Source of the DNA: an uncultured Nitrospinota bacterium
GTDB lineage: Bacteria > Tectomicrobia > Entotheonellia > J063 > CAVPRW01
Direction of reading: 5' to 3'
Length of the DNA stretch: 64,000 nucleotides
Assembly: GCA_963707985.1 (NCBI GenBank)
Contig: CAVPRW010000026.1
Coordinates: 1-64,000 of the forward strand
Below are positions 53,721 to 63,675 of this stretch, in pieces (the stretch's first letter is position 1; each line of letters begins with the position of its first letter). The notes under the pieces were generated by a model. That model made no database searches and was not told the origin of the DNA. It worked only from the letters and a program-made list of their open reading frames with translations. The position numbers were made by a program, and so were the translations under genes.

Positions 53721-54231
53721 GTGGCATCCTTCGATCACGCGCGGCATCCTGACACGGCTCACGCAGTTTCAGACGGTGCTACAGGATGCCCTTGTGGACA
53801 CCGGACAGGCGTACTTTCAGCCGGGTAAATCGGCCTCACTCAGTGTGTTCCCGTGCGCCGGTATCCCTCTACGCCACGTATCTTCTGAAGTCAACCGACG
53901 GGTACGTGATCTTGGCGATGACTTCAGTGTGGATGAGGCGGCTACGTGCGTAAATGTCCTCATACGCACCATCGACAAGGCTGAGGGTATGCGCTGGCTC
54001 TCCCGCGAGACCGGCATTTCGTTGGGTGGCATGGCTGCGGTCGGAGATTCTCCAGGTGATGCGTCATTCATGCAGTTAGCGGCCTGGTCAGGAGCACCGG
54101 CGAATGCGCATGCGTCTGTCAAAGAGATCGCATACTACACATCGCCATATGAAGATGGGCTGGGGCTAGTGGATATCCTGGAGAAACTGCTCAAATCTGA
54201 GCCCGAGGACAACAGCGAGAAGATTTCTTAA
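53720..54231 (+). pseudogene. C-terminal part of a HAD-superfamily (Cof-type) phosphatase
   Basis: DKAEGM, AVGDSPGD, APANA; N-terminal DxD motif missing. Confidence 0.7.
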
Positions 54232-54391
54232 TGATTTTACAGCGATAAATTTATTGTTGACAAAAGGCAAAGCGACGACTAGAGAAAGGACAGTGCATGT
54301 TTTCCGGGGGCCCATGCCTGCCGTTTCCGATGTGATAACGGATCAGGCAAGCCAACAAAGTCGCGAGGCACTATCACGCAGGAGGTGAGCC

Positions 54392-55525
54392 GTGGCCGAA
54401 TTTCAGTTGATCTCCTCCGACTCGCACGTCAGCGAGCCGACAGACCTGTGGGTGCAGCGCATCGACACGAAGTACCGGGACCGGGCACCGAAGGTCGTGC
54501 TCAACCCCGAAGGCCAAGAGGGCGCCTATTTCGTCTATGAGGGCTATCCGCCGCACAACCTCGCCATCGGCTTAGGGGCAGGCAGGACCCCTGAGGAGTT
54601 GGCTGCATTTCTGAAATCCGGCACGTACGCCGATGCTCGCCCAGGCGGGTGGGATCCGGCCCAACGGTTGCCGGACATGGAGTTGGATGGGGTGGAGGCG
54701 GAGGTGCTCTATACCACTTTGGGGTTTCGGTTATTCTGGCTCAAAGATGCCGGGTTACAACAAGCCTGTTTCCGCGTCTACAACGACTGGCTGGCGGAGT
54801 TTTGCAACTATGCACCCAAACGCCTGAAGGGACTGGCCCTCATTTCCTTGTACGATCCCAAGGAGGGTGCCCGGGAGCTGGATCGGAGTGCCAAGCTGGG
54901 CCTCAAGGGCGCCATGATCTGGTGCTCACCCCCGGCCGATCAGCCCTACAGCTCTCCGCTCTACGATCCATTCTGGGCTGCAGCACAAGACTTAGAAATG
55001 CCTGTCAGCCTGCACGCCATCACCGGCATGGAACGTATTCCATGGGAATACGGGGCTGAACAACGGGCGATGCGTCCGACCGTGACCCCCCACGAAATCG
55101 AAAAATCCTTCAGCACTCTCATCCTTTCCGGCGTCCTAGAACGATTTCCGCGCCTAAAGATCGTCTCAGCCGAGAATAATTGTGGCTGGCTGCCCTACTA
55201 CTTGCAGCGTGTAGACCGGGCGTTCACACGCTTCGGCCCTTCCGGTACGGCGACCCCATGGCCGACGAAGCTTGCTCTCAAGCCCAGTGAATACTTCCAG
55301 CGCCAAATGTACTGCACCTTCATCGACGATCCCTTCGGAGTCGCGAGCAGGCATTGGATCGGGGTTGACAACGTGATGTGGTCGTCCGATTACCCGCACA
55401 CCGCTTCCACCTGGCCACGTTCGCGTGCGGTGATCGAACGCGACTTCAAGGACGTCAACGAGGAGGAGCGCTGGAAGATCCTCAGAGCGAATGCCGCCAA
55501 GCTCTATGGCTTTGATCTCAGCTAA
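54392..55525 (+). CDS. Amidohydrolase family 2 protein
   Basis: ISSDSHV, YDPFWAA, SLH, GVLERFPRLK, MWSSDYPH; AGGAGG RBS. Confidence 0.9.
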   Translation: MAEFQLISSDSHVSEPTDLWVQRIDTKYRDRAPKVVLNPEGQEGAYFVYEGYPPHNLAIGLGAGRTPEELAAFLKSGTYADARPGGWDPAQRLPDMELDGVEAEVLYTTLGFRLFWLKDAGLQQACFRVYNDWLAEFCNYAPKRLKGLALISLYDPKEGARELDRSAKLGLKGAMIWCSPPADQPYSSPLYDPFWAAAQDLEMPVSLHAITGMERIPWEYGAEQRAMRPTVTPHEIEKSFSTLILSGVLERFPRLKIVSAENNCGWLPYYLQRVDRAFTRFGPSGTATPWPTKLALKPSEYFQRQMYCTFIDDPFGVASRHWIGVDNVMWSSDYPHTASTWPRSRAVIERDFKDVNEEERWKILRANAAKLYGFDLS

Positions 55526-55699
55526 CGATGCGTCTCCCGCACACCTGTGGCGTCACCGCGGGCATCGGCCGTAGAAGGCTATGCTTGGCGGCATGACGCC
55601 ACAGGTGCACATCCACCTCTCTCGCCTCGGATGTACCCAATCTTCCGGCATCCTTCGATCCAGTCCGCATATTTGGTGACCATGCCTACGACACCTGCG

Positions 55700-55827
55700 G
55701 CCAGACCAGAGTTGTCGCCGAATAACACAAAATGATAGCCCAGCTCTTCACCGTGTCTGGCGATAGCGGCAAGGTGGTCGGGTGTGGCCAGAGGGCCTCG
55801 ACCTGGGAGCGTAAAGCCATATTTCAT
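55700..55827 (-). pseudogene. N-terminal fragment of an LLM/F420-dependent oxidoreductase
   Basis: MKYGFTLPGRGPLA...ARHGEELGYHFVLFGD, then unrelated sequence. Confidence 0.6.
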
Positions 55828-56789
55828 ACGAGCACCTCCCTGATGCCCTCGATGATGCGGGCTTTGTCCGGTATACAGAAACGCTCCATGACCGGGCTAT
55901 AGGGGATGGGCACGTCGGGCGCGCAGACGCGCTTGGGTGGCGCTTTTAACGCTCGAAACGTGGTTGGGTCTTCCGTCAGTATCGCGGCGATCTCGGCGGC
56001 TGCGCTGCCAGTCAGACAGGCCTCATCGACGATAACCACACGCCCCGTTTTTTGAACGGAGGCACGCAACGCACCCTTATCTAAGGGAACGAGTGTTCTG
56101 GGGTCCACCACTTCGACCGCGATGCCTTCGCCGGCCAGCTCTTCGGCGGCGGCCAGCGCTTCCGGCACCATCTTGGCGATGGCCACCACGGTGACGTCGC
56201 GCCCCTGGCGTTTGACGTCGGCAACGCCGATGGGAATGGTGTACTCCTCCTCCGGCACGGGGCCTTTCACACCCCGCTGGGCCAGCATCTGATCCTCGAA
56301 GACCACTACCGGGTTATTGTCCCGGATGGCGCTCTTCATCAGTCCTTTAGCGTCATACGGCGTACTGGGCATAACCAGCTTCAAGCCGGCCAGGTTCATG
56401 AACATGGGATGGGGGCTTTGCGAATGCTGCGCCGCGGCAGAACGGCCACCACCAGTGGAAGCTCGAAACACGATGGGGAAGGTTGCCTGTCCCCCGAACA
56501 TGTAGTGAATCTTTGCCATCTGGTTGACGATTTGGTCCATGGCGGTGAAGGCAAAAGTCATCATCCCCGGGCTGACAATCGGACGGAAGCCACTACCCGC
56601 CGCGCCGATGCTGGCCCCGACATAGGCTTCCTCAGAGATGGGGCACACACGTACGCGCTCCTCACCAAACTCTGGGATGAGGCTAGCCAGTGCCCCTAAG
56701 CCGCCGCAGAGGTGAAACACTTTCTGATCCCGCCGCATCTCCTCGCGAAAGGCTTCCATCAAGGCTTCAGTATACGTGAGCTCTCGCAT
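55824..56789 (-). CDS. acoB: 2-oxoacid/acetoin dehydrogenase E1 beta subunit
   Basis: PISE, AMDQIVNQMAK, AAQHSQ, PSTPYDAKGL, VDPRTLVPLD; start MRELTY after GGAGAGG. Confidence 0.8.
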   Translation of the reverse strand: MRELTYTEALMEAFREEMRRDQKVFHLCGGLGALASLIPEFGEERVRVCPISEEAYVGASIGAAGSGFRPIVSPGMMTFAFTAMDQIVNQMAKIHYMFGGQATFPIVFRASTGGGRSAAAQHSQSPHPMFMNLAGLKLVMPSTPYDAKGLMKSAIRDNNPVVVFEDQMLAQRGVKGPVPEEEYTIPIGVADVKRQGRDVTVVAIAKMVPEALAAAEELAGEGIAVEVVDPRTLVPLDKGALRASVQKTGRVVIVDEACLTGSAAAEIAAILTEDPTTFRALKAPPKRVCAPDVPIPYSPVMERFCIPDKARIIEGIREVLV

Positions 56790-56899
56790 GTGTTCATATC
56801 CTCTCCATCCCCACCCGAACCTCCTTCGTCGAGGGGGGAGGCTGGGTAGCGGGCCGCGTAAGCACGCGCAAGCAGCAGAGCATTGATGATCGGCAGTAC

Positions 56900-57884
56900 C
56901 TACGGTGCGAAGACGTCCAACAGGGCATCTTCTGGCCGAGGCAGCGGACTGGCCTTGGCGAAAGCAACAGCTTCCTCCACCGCGGCCTCGACCTCTCGAT
57001 CGATCTGCTCCAAAGTGGCGGCGGTGGCGACGGCTTGCGTCGATGAGCCAGGCGATGAACGATTCGATGGGGTCATGCTGGGGTCCCAGATCGATCTCTT
57101 CTCGGGGCCTGGGATCAGAGGGATTCCCCCGCTGTTCCGCATGAGCACGCCAGCGGTAGGTCTTGCACTCCACCAGTGTCGGCCCTCCCCCAGTCCTGGC
57201 ACGCTGGACAGCCTGCGCAGCCACCTCATAGACCGCCAGCACATCGGTGCCGTCCACGGTCACTCCAGGCATATCGTACGCCACGGCGCGCGCCGCCACA
57301 TCGGGTACGGACAGAGCATATGCAGCCGGCACGCCACTCGCCCAGCGGTTGTTCTCACACACATAGATGGCTGGCAGCTTCCAGATCGAGGCCAGATTCA
57401 ACGAGCCGTGAAAGGCTCCTTCATTGGAGGCCCCATCACCGAAGAAAGCCACTGCCACCCGATCACTCCCTTCCAGCTTGGCGGCCAGCGCCGCTCCGGT
57501 GGCGATCGGCAGCCCTGCCCCCACGATGCCATTGGCGCCAAGCATCCCGACACTGAAGTCGGCGATATGCATGGAGCCGCCTTTGCCATGGCAGTAGCCG
57601 GTACTCCGACCAAAGAGCTCGGCCATCATGCGCTTGATGTCTGCACCCTTGGCGATGGTATGGCCGTGACCGCGATGGGTGCTGGTGATTTTGTCGTCTC
57701 GGCGCAGGGCGGTACAGACTCCGACCGCGACGGCTTCCTGCCCGATGTAGGTATGGACGCCCCCAGGGATGTTGCCAGCATGGAACTCGTCCACGGCCCT
57801 TTGATCAAAGCGCCGAATCATCACCATCTGTCGATACATGTCTAATAATTGGTGTGGCTCCAAAGCCTTGGCATTGCCGGTCAT
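56900..57884 (-). CDS. acoA: 2-oxoacid/acetoin dehydrogenase E1 alpha subunit (frameshift near 57037)
   Basis: GQEA, STHRGHGH, GKGGSMH, GDGASNEG...ENN TPP motif; C-terminus EIDREVEAAVEEAVAFA-type segment in another frame. Confidence 0.82.
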
Positions 57885-57997
57885 AGGGTGGCCCACCTCA
57901 TCTTCCAGTTCCAGAGCATTCCAGAAGCGGCATCGTGGTGCTCTGGCGACGCCACGCACCGCCTTGTCGCGGGCATTTCATACAGATGTGCTAGGGC

Positions 57998-58067
57998 ATT
58001 ATCATGGGGAGCCACATGGCTGTCAAGAAAGGGGGCAATTGACACGGCCTCCAAGCCCCGCTATGCT
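57998..58067. promoter_or_regulatory. Back-to-back divergent sigma70-type promoters
   Basis: Plus: TTGACA(58039)-17-TATGCT(58062); minus: TTGACA(58026)-17-GATAAT(58003). Confidence 0.7.
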
Positions 58068-58145
58068 GGCGCCGATTCGCCAGCATGGGCGAACGCATCT
58101 GGGCTACAGAGTGTTGGGGATCGATCATCGCAGGCAAGAAAGGAG

Positions 58146-59273
58146 ATGTCCATGGCACAAGCAAAGATTCGCGTGGGGATCGTAGGTGCCAACATGCATT
58201 ATGGCTGGGGGAGTCGCGCCCACCTGCCAGCCCTGACCCATTTGCCGGACTATGAGCTCGTCGGGGTGTGTACGGCACATCAGGAGACGGCCGAGGAGAC
58301 CGCCAAGCAGTTTGGGGCACCGCTCGCGTTCCACGATCACCAGGAAATGTTACGCCACCCGGACATCGATGCCGTGGCCGTGGTGGTCCGCGTGCCACTT
58401 CACTACCGCTTGACCATGGATGTGTTGAGAGCGGGAAAGCATGTCCTGACCGAATGGCCCCTGGGAGCGAACCTCCGTGAAGCGCAGGAGATGGCCGATC
58501 TGGCTCAGCGGCAGGGAGTCCAAACCATGGTGGGCCTGCAGGGTCGCTTTGCCCCAGCCTTTCGTCGCCTGAAAGAGCTCATCGACGAGGGCTACGTGGG
58601 GGAGGTGCTTTCCTGTCACCTGACCCAGATCCGTCCTGGCGTCCTCAACCGCACCTCAGGCCGGACATGGCAGCGGGACCGTACTTTGGGTGCCACCACC
58701 CTCACCATTCCGTTTGGCCATGCTGTTGATTGCATGTGCATGTGCCTCGGTGAGTTCACCGAAGTGTCAGGGGTGGTGAGCACACAGGTGCCACAATGGC
58801 ACGAGACCGATACCGATCACATGGTGGATGTCACGGCCCCCGACACCATTCTCGTCAGTGGTAAACTAGCCAGCGGCGCGGTGGCGTCGGTGCAGGTGGC
58901 CAGTGTGCCCTGGCATGGTAGTGGTATGCGGCTGGAGATCTACGGCAGGGAAGGGACCCTGGTCGCATCGACCGACCTGAGCGCCCAGATCGATCCGGTG
59001 CGCTTGGAGGGAGCAAAGGGGAGCGATCGAGCCCTTCAGGTGTTGCCGATTCCGGAGCGACTCGCCGCCATGCCAGCGGGTGTGCCAGCAGGTGAACCAG
59101 CCAATGTAGCGGGAGTGTATCAGGGCTTCGCTGAGGCTATTCGTAGCGGTCGGAGAGTCGAGCCTGACTTCGGCACGGCGGTCAGGCGTCACACCCTTGT
59201 GGAGGCCGTCCAGGCTGCATCGGACCAGGGTCGGCGCGTACCGGTGACGCTGTCGGAAGGGCCGGCGGTCTAG
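58146..59273 (+). CDS. Gfo/Idh/MocA oxidoreductase
   Basis: RVGIVGA, AHLPAL, EWPLG, VGLQGR; AAGGAG RBS. Confidence 0.9.
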   Translation: MSMAQAKIRVGIVGANMHYGWGSRAHLPALTHLPDYELVGVCTAHQETAEETAKQFGAPLAFHDHQEMLRHPDIDAVAVVVRVPLHYRLTMDVLRAGKHVLTEWPLGANLREAQEMADLAQRQGVQTMVGLQGRFAPAFRRLKELIDEGYVGEVLSCHLTQIRPGVLNRTSGRTWQRDRTLGATTLTIPFGHAVDCMCMCLGEFTEVSGVVSTQVPQWHETDTDHMVDVTAPDTILVSGKLASGAVASVQVASVPWHGSGMRLEIYGREGTLVASTDLSAQIDPVRLEGAKGSDRALQVLPIPERLAAMPAGVPAGEPANVAGVYQGFAEAIRSGRRVEPDFGTAVRRHTLVEAVQAASDQGRRVPVTLSEGPAV

Positions 59274-59434
59274 GACGACCTGGTCGCAGACTCGTACCTT
59301 GCCCTCGAGGTGCACGTGAGGCTTTGGCAAAGGAGTCGACGACCATCTGTGTGATGTGGAGTGCTGCTGCCGTCTGCCAATTGCAACAGGGGATTTGGAG
59401 TGTAAGCAGCAGCACTCACCAGGGAGGGACAAGG

Positions 59435-60988
59435 ATGACAGGGTACAGGCATCATATGGAGTTTCTCCTCTTCCTCATGGGCCTTCTCCTCCTGGCGCCC
59501 CTCACCGCCTGGGCCCAACAACCGAAATCGGGCGGAACACTGCAGGTCGCCTGGGAGGCGGATGTCGCAGGGCTGGACCCGCGCCTTTCTCCTGGTGCCC
59601 AGGCTGGATACATCATGGGTAATCTCTTCAATAGCCTGGTGAGTATCGACACCGAATTGAATTATGTACCCGACCTGGCCGAGTCTTGGGAGATTTTGGA
59701 GGATGGCAAGGTTTATGTTTTTCATCTCCGCCAGGGGGTGAAGTTCCACGATGGCACCGACTTCGACGCCAAAGCGGTGCAATGGAATTATCAACGCATG
59801 ATAGACCCCGCCGAGAAGTCGCTCGATGCCCCTTCTTACAGCCTCGTCGACAGTGTCGAAGTGGTCGACACGCATACGATCAAGTTTACCCTCAAATATC
59901 CCAGCGCCACCCTTCTGCCGGTGATGGCCGCGCACGCATCCGGGTTTTTGCAGATGTCGCCCGCGTCGTACGAGCGCTGGGGGAAGGAAGAGGTACGACT
60001 GCACCCGGTCGGAACGGGGCCGTTTACACTCGCCAGGTGGGAGCAGAACCATGTCATCGTGTTGGACAAGAACCCGCACTACTTCAAGCCGGGGCTGCCC
60101 TATCTGGATCGCGTCGAGATCCGTATCATCAAGGAAGGGGTGACGCGCGTGACGGCGCTGCGGACGGGGGAGGTGGATTTCGCCAACGCCATACCCTTCG
60201 AGCACGTCGAGCGACTGGCCAAAGATGGGAAGGTGCAGGTCCTCAGGGGTCGAGACACGCTCCGGATCAATAGCTACTTCAATGTGGCGCGAGCACCTTT
60301 CAAAGATGCCCGCGTCCGGCAGGCACTGCTGGGGTATGGCATCGACCGGCCGGCCATCGTCAAGACTGCTCTGTTAGGTCTGGTGCAGCCTCTATGGAGT
60401 TTCGTGCCGGCGGGCGGCAAGGGTCACATCGACTTTGAGGAGCAATTTGCTTACAATCCCAATAAGGCCAAAGTCCTGCTGAAGGAAGCCGGGTATGACG
60501 AGCACAATCCGCTGCGTTACACGCTCATGACCCACGGCGCTGAGGCCGCACTCCCGACCATCGCGACGATTCTCAAAACACAGTATGCCAAGCTTGGGGT
60601 AGACCTGACCATCGAGGTGCTCGATCGACCGATCTTCTTGCGACGCTGGCAGCGGGACCGTGACTGGGATCAAATTCTCAATGTGTCCGGGGCAGCGTTC
60701 GATTCCTTTCAACTCTCGCGCGTTCTCGACACCCGAGCCGGGAACAATACCCTCAACCATAGTGATCTGGAGGTCGACGCGCTGATCGATCGGATGAAGG
60801 AAGCGCCGACGGAGGCAGCTCTCTTGCAGGCAGGATACGACTTCCAACGTTATGTCACCGAAATTATGCTGACCTGTGGCATCGCCTCGCTCCCCTTCTT
60901 ACAGGCAGCCCGCGCCGATGTGAAGGGGTATGTGTACTTGCATGGCTACAAGGTTCAGTTTGAGACGACGTGGCTCGATAGGCCTTGA
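59435..60988 (+). CDS. ABC substrate-binding protein family 5 (peptide/nickel type)
   Basis: Signal ending AWAQ, PDLAESWE, LRQGVKFHDG, PVGTGPF, GLPYLD. Confidence 0.9.
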   Translation: MTGYRHHMEFLLFLMGLLLLAPLTAWAQQPKSGGTLQVAWEADVAGLDPRLSPGAQAGYIMGNLFNSLVSIDTELNYVPDLAESWEILEDGKVYVFHLRQGVKFHDGTDFDAKAVQWNYQRMIDPAEKSLDAPSYSLVDSVEVVDTHTIKFTLKYPSATLLPVMAAHASGFLQMSPASYERWGKEEVRLHPVGTGPFTLARWEQNHVIVLDKNPHYFKPGLPYLDRVEIRIIKEGVTRVTALRTGEVDFANAIPFEHVERLAKDGKVQVLRGRDTLRINSYFNVARAPFKDARVRQALLGYGIDRPAIVKTALLGLVQPLWSFVPAGGKGHIDFEEQFAYNPNKAKVLLKEAGYDEHNPLRYTLMTHGAEAALPTIATILKTQYAKLGVDLTIEVLDRPIFLRRWQRDRDWDQILNVSGAAFDSFQLSRVLDTRAGNNTLNHSDLEVDALIDRMKEAPTEAALLQAGYDFQRYVTEIMLTCGIASLPFLQAARADVKGYVYLHGYKVQFETTWLDRP

Positions 60989-61012
60989 TTTCGTGATCGG
61001 GAGGTCAGGGAC

Positions 61013-62101
61013 ATGCAAGGGAAAGCTGCCATCTTCCATACACCGAAAGGCCGTATGGACATTCGTGATGTCACATTGCCGGCGGTCGAACCGAACGGCA
61101 TCTTGGTACGCATTGCCAGAGCCAATATCTGTGGTTCCGACCTGCACATCTGGCGTGGGGATACACCGTTACGTCCTGGGAATCACATTATCGGCCACGA
61201 GATGGTGGGGCGGGTGGCAGAGCTCGGCGCCAACATCGAGACCGACTCGCAGGGGCAGCCGCTGGCGGTCGGCGATCGGGTGACCTTTCTGTATTTTTAC
61301 TTTTGTGGTCGCTGCTATGCCTGTCTGGAGGGCTACCGCTCAGCCTGTGTGAACATGATGCGGACCCCATACCAGATGGACGATGTGATGATCTCCATGG
61401 GAGCCTATGCAGAATACTATTACCTGCGACCGGGACATTACGTCTTCAAAGTACCGGATGACCTTTCGGACGAGATGGTGGCGCCGGTGAATTGCGCCCT
61501 GGCCCAGGTCACGTATGGGTTGCAGCGTATTGGCCTGCGCCTAGGCCAGTCCATCGTCATTCAGGGGGCGGGAGGTCTGGGGATATACGCCACCGCTGTG
61601 GCGCGCGATATGGGAGCCGCGAAGATCATCGTTATCGACCGCTTCGAACCGCGCTTACAGATGGCCGCTGCCTTCGGCGCCGACCACCTGATCAACCTGG
61701 AGACGCATGACACCGAGGAATCTCGGGTACGGCTGGTACGGGAGCTGACCAATGGCTGGGGGGCGGACGTTTGCGTGGAGGTGGTGGGCTCACCGTCGGT
61801 CATTCCCGAGGGTGTGCGCATGTTGAAGAATGGTGGCCACTACCTGATCATGGGGAGCATCAATCCCAAGCAAACAGCCCCCCTGGAGGCCGGCCGCATT
61901 GTCTTCGGCCGCATCACCTTGATGGCGCTTGCCACCTATGAGCCCTGGGTCATCCCACAAGCCTTGGATTTCATGCGGCGCAACCTCCAGCGTTATCCGT
62001 TTCATCAGCTGATCTCGCATACTTTTCCGTTGACAGAGATCAACGAAGCGTTCCAGCAGGCGGACGCGGGAGCGGTGATTCGCGCCTCGTTAGTACCGTA
62101 G
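61013..62101 (+). CDS. Zinc-binding alcohol dehydrogenase (MDR family)
   Basis: CGSDLH, GHEMVG, CGRCYAC...C, GAGGLG. Confidence 0.92.
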   Translation: MQGKAAIFHTPKGRMDIRDVTLPAVEPNGILVRIARANICGSDLHIWRGDTPLRPGNHIIGHEMVGRVAELGANIETDSQGQPLAVGDRVTFLYFYFCGRCYACLEGYRSACVNMMRTPYQMDDVMISMGAYAEYYYLRPGHYVFKVPDDLSDEMVAPVNCALAQVTYGLQRIGLRLGQSIVIQGAGGLGIYATAVARDMGAAKIIVIDRFEPRLQMAAAFGADHLINLETHDTEESRVRLVRELTNGWGADVCVEVVGSPSVIPEGVRMLKNGGHYLIMGSINPKQTAPLEAGRIVFGRITLMALATYEPWVIPQALDFMRRNLQRYPFHQLISHTFPLTEINEAFQQADAGAVIRASLVP

Positions 62102-62194
62102 AAAGCACCACACCGTGACTGACAGGTGCTGAATTGCGCCTCTCGCTTCTCGTCAGCACTCATGCCTCAGCACTCATGATGGGTTCCTTCGTCC

Positions 62195-62959
62195 ATGGCA
62201 GTTATTCTCGATGTGCAGGACTTGGTCAAGACATTTGCTGGCCTGATCGTTCTGAACCACTGCTCGTTTCAGGTACGGCAGGGAACCATCACCGGCTTGA
62301 TCGGTCCGAATGGAGCCGGAAAAACGACGCTCTTCAATGTGTTAACCGGCTTTTCCAAACCCGATAGCGGTCAGGTGTTCTTCCACGGCCAGGAGATTAC
62401 TGGCCTGGCGCCGCACCAGATTTTCCACCACGGTATCTGTCGCACCTTTCAGATTCCACGTGAATTTCCAGACATGACAGTGCTCGAAAACCTCATGCTC
62501 GTCCCTCCCGGACAGTTTGGAGAGCACCTGTGGTATCCCTGGTTCCGCCCCGCCATAGTACGCCAACAGGAAGCGCAAATCCGTACCAAGGCCCTCGAAG
62601 TGCTGAGGTCGGTTCGCCTAATCGACCTGCGGGAAGAGTATGCGCGCCATCTCTCTGGTGGCCAAAAAAAACTTCTCGAGTTGGCCCGTACCATGATGGC
62701 TGAGCCACGGCTGGTGCTCCTCGACGAGCCAGGAGCGGGGGTCAACCCTGCCCTCATGGACGAGTTGGCGGCATATATTTTACATCTGGCCCGCGACCGG
62801 GGCGTGACGATTCTGCTCATCGAACATGATATGGACCTGGTGATGCGTCTGTGCGACCCGGTCATTGTGCTCAGTGAGGGACGGCCACTAGTCGAGGGCG
62901 ACTTCGAGACGGTCACACACGATCCGAGAGTCTTGGAAGCCTATCTGGGAGGGGACTAA
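62195..62959 (+). CDS. livG: Branched-chain amino acid ABC ATP-binding subunit
   Basis: GPNGAGKT, RTFQ, LSGGQKKLLE, LDEPGAG, IEHDM. Confidence 0.9.
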   Translation: MAVILDVQDLVKTFAGLIVLNHCSFQVRQGTITGLIGPNGAGKTTLFNVLTGFSKPDSGQVFFHGQEITGLAPHQIFHHGICRTFQIPREFPDMTVLENLMLVPPGQFGEHLWYPWFRPAIVRQQEAQIRTKALEVLRSVRLIDLREEYARHLSGGQKKLLELARTMMAEPRLVLLDEPGAGVNPALMDELAAYILHLARDRGVTILLIEHDMDLVMRLCDPVIVLSEGRPLVEGDFETVTHDPRVLEAYLGGD

Positions 62960-62964
62960 CCGCT

Positions 62965-63675
62965 GTGGCTTTGCTCGATGTGCGCCATGTCACCTCTGGC
63001 TATGGAGAGATGACGGTCCTTCACGATATTTCCATGCGAGTGGATGCCGGCGAGGCTGTCACCCTGATCGGCCCGAATGGAGCAGGCAAGTCAACACTAT
63101 TAAAGACTATTTTCGGTCTGCTGATACCAACTGAGGGACGAATTCACTTCGAAGACGCTGACATTACCGGTTTAAAGCCGCCGGCCCTGGTGCGCCGGGG
63201 TATGTCATTCGTACCGCAGGTTGACAATGTGTTTCCGTCCCTCACGGTGCAGGAGAATTTAGAAATGGGGACCTTCGTGCGCGGTGACACCTTCGCCGAA
63301 CGGCTCGAGGAGATGTATACCTTTTTCCCCACGTTGCGGCTGAAGCGCAAGCAACGCGTCGGTGGTCTGTCGGGGGGCGAGCGCCAGATGGTGGCCATGG
63401 GGCGGGCGTTGATGCTCGATCCACGCCTGTTGCTGCTTGATGAACCGTCCGCTGGCCTGTCGCCCCGCCTGGTGGGCATGGTCTTCGAGAAGATTGCAGA
63501 GATCAATCAAACAGGCGTGGCGCTGCTCATCGTCGAACAAAATGCCCGTCAGGCGCTGCGGCTGTCGCATCGCGGCTATGTCCTGGCCAGCGGACAGGTT
63601 CGTCTCGAGGGAAAAGGTGACCAACTTTTGGGCGATGAAGAGGTAGGACGCCTCTATCTCGGCGGGCGGCGATGA
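62965..63675 (+). CDS. livF: Branched-chain amino acid ABC ATP-binding subunit
   Basis: GPNGAGKS, LTVQENL, LSGGERQM, DEPSAGL, VEQN. Confidence 0.9.
   Translation: MALLDVRHVTSGYGEMTVLHDISMRVDAGEAVTLIGPNGAGKSTLLKTIFGLLIPTEGRIHFEDADITGLKPPALVRRGMSFVPQVDNVFPSLTVQENLEMGTFVRGDTFAERLEEMYTFFPTLRLKRKQRVGGLSGGERQMVAMGRALMLDPRLLLLDEPSAGLSPRLVGMVFEKIAEINQTGVALLIVEQNARQALRLSHRGYVLASGQVRLEGKGDQLLGDEEVGRLYLGGRR

Noticed and set aside
54257..54285. TTGACA promoter before the amidohydrolase
   Set aside because: The -10 at 17-bp spacing (TAGAGA) is poor; not supported enough to list
55824..57959. 711-aa E1 alpha-beta fusion ORF
   Set aside because: Artefact of a frameshift near 57037; alpha has its own C-terminus and stop at 56900, and beta has its own RBS and start at 56789
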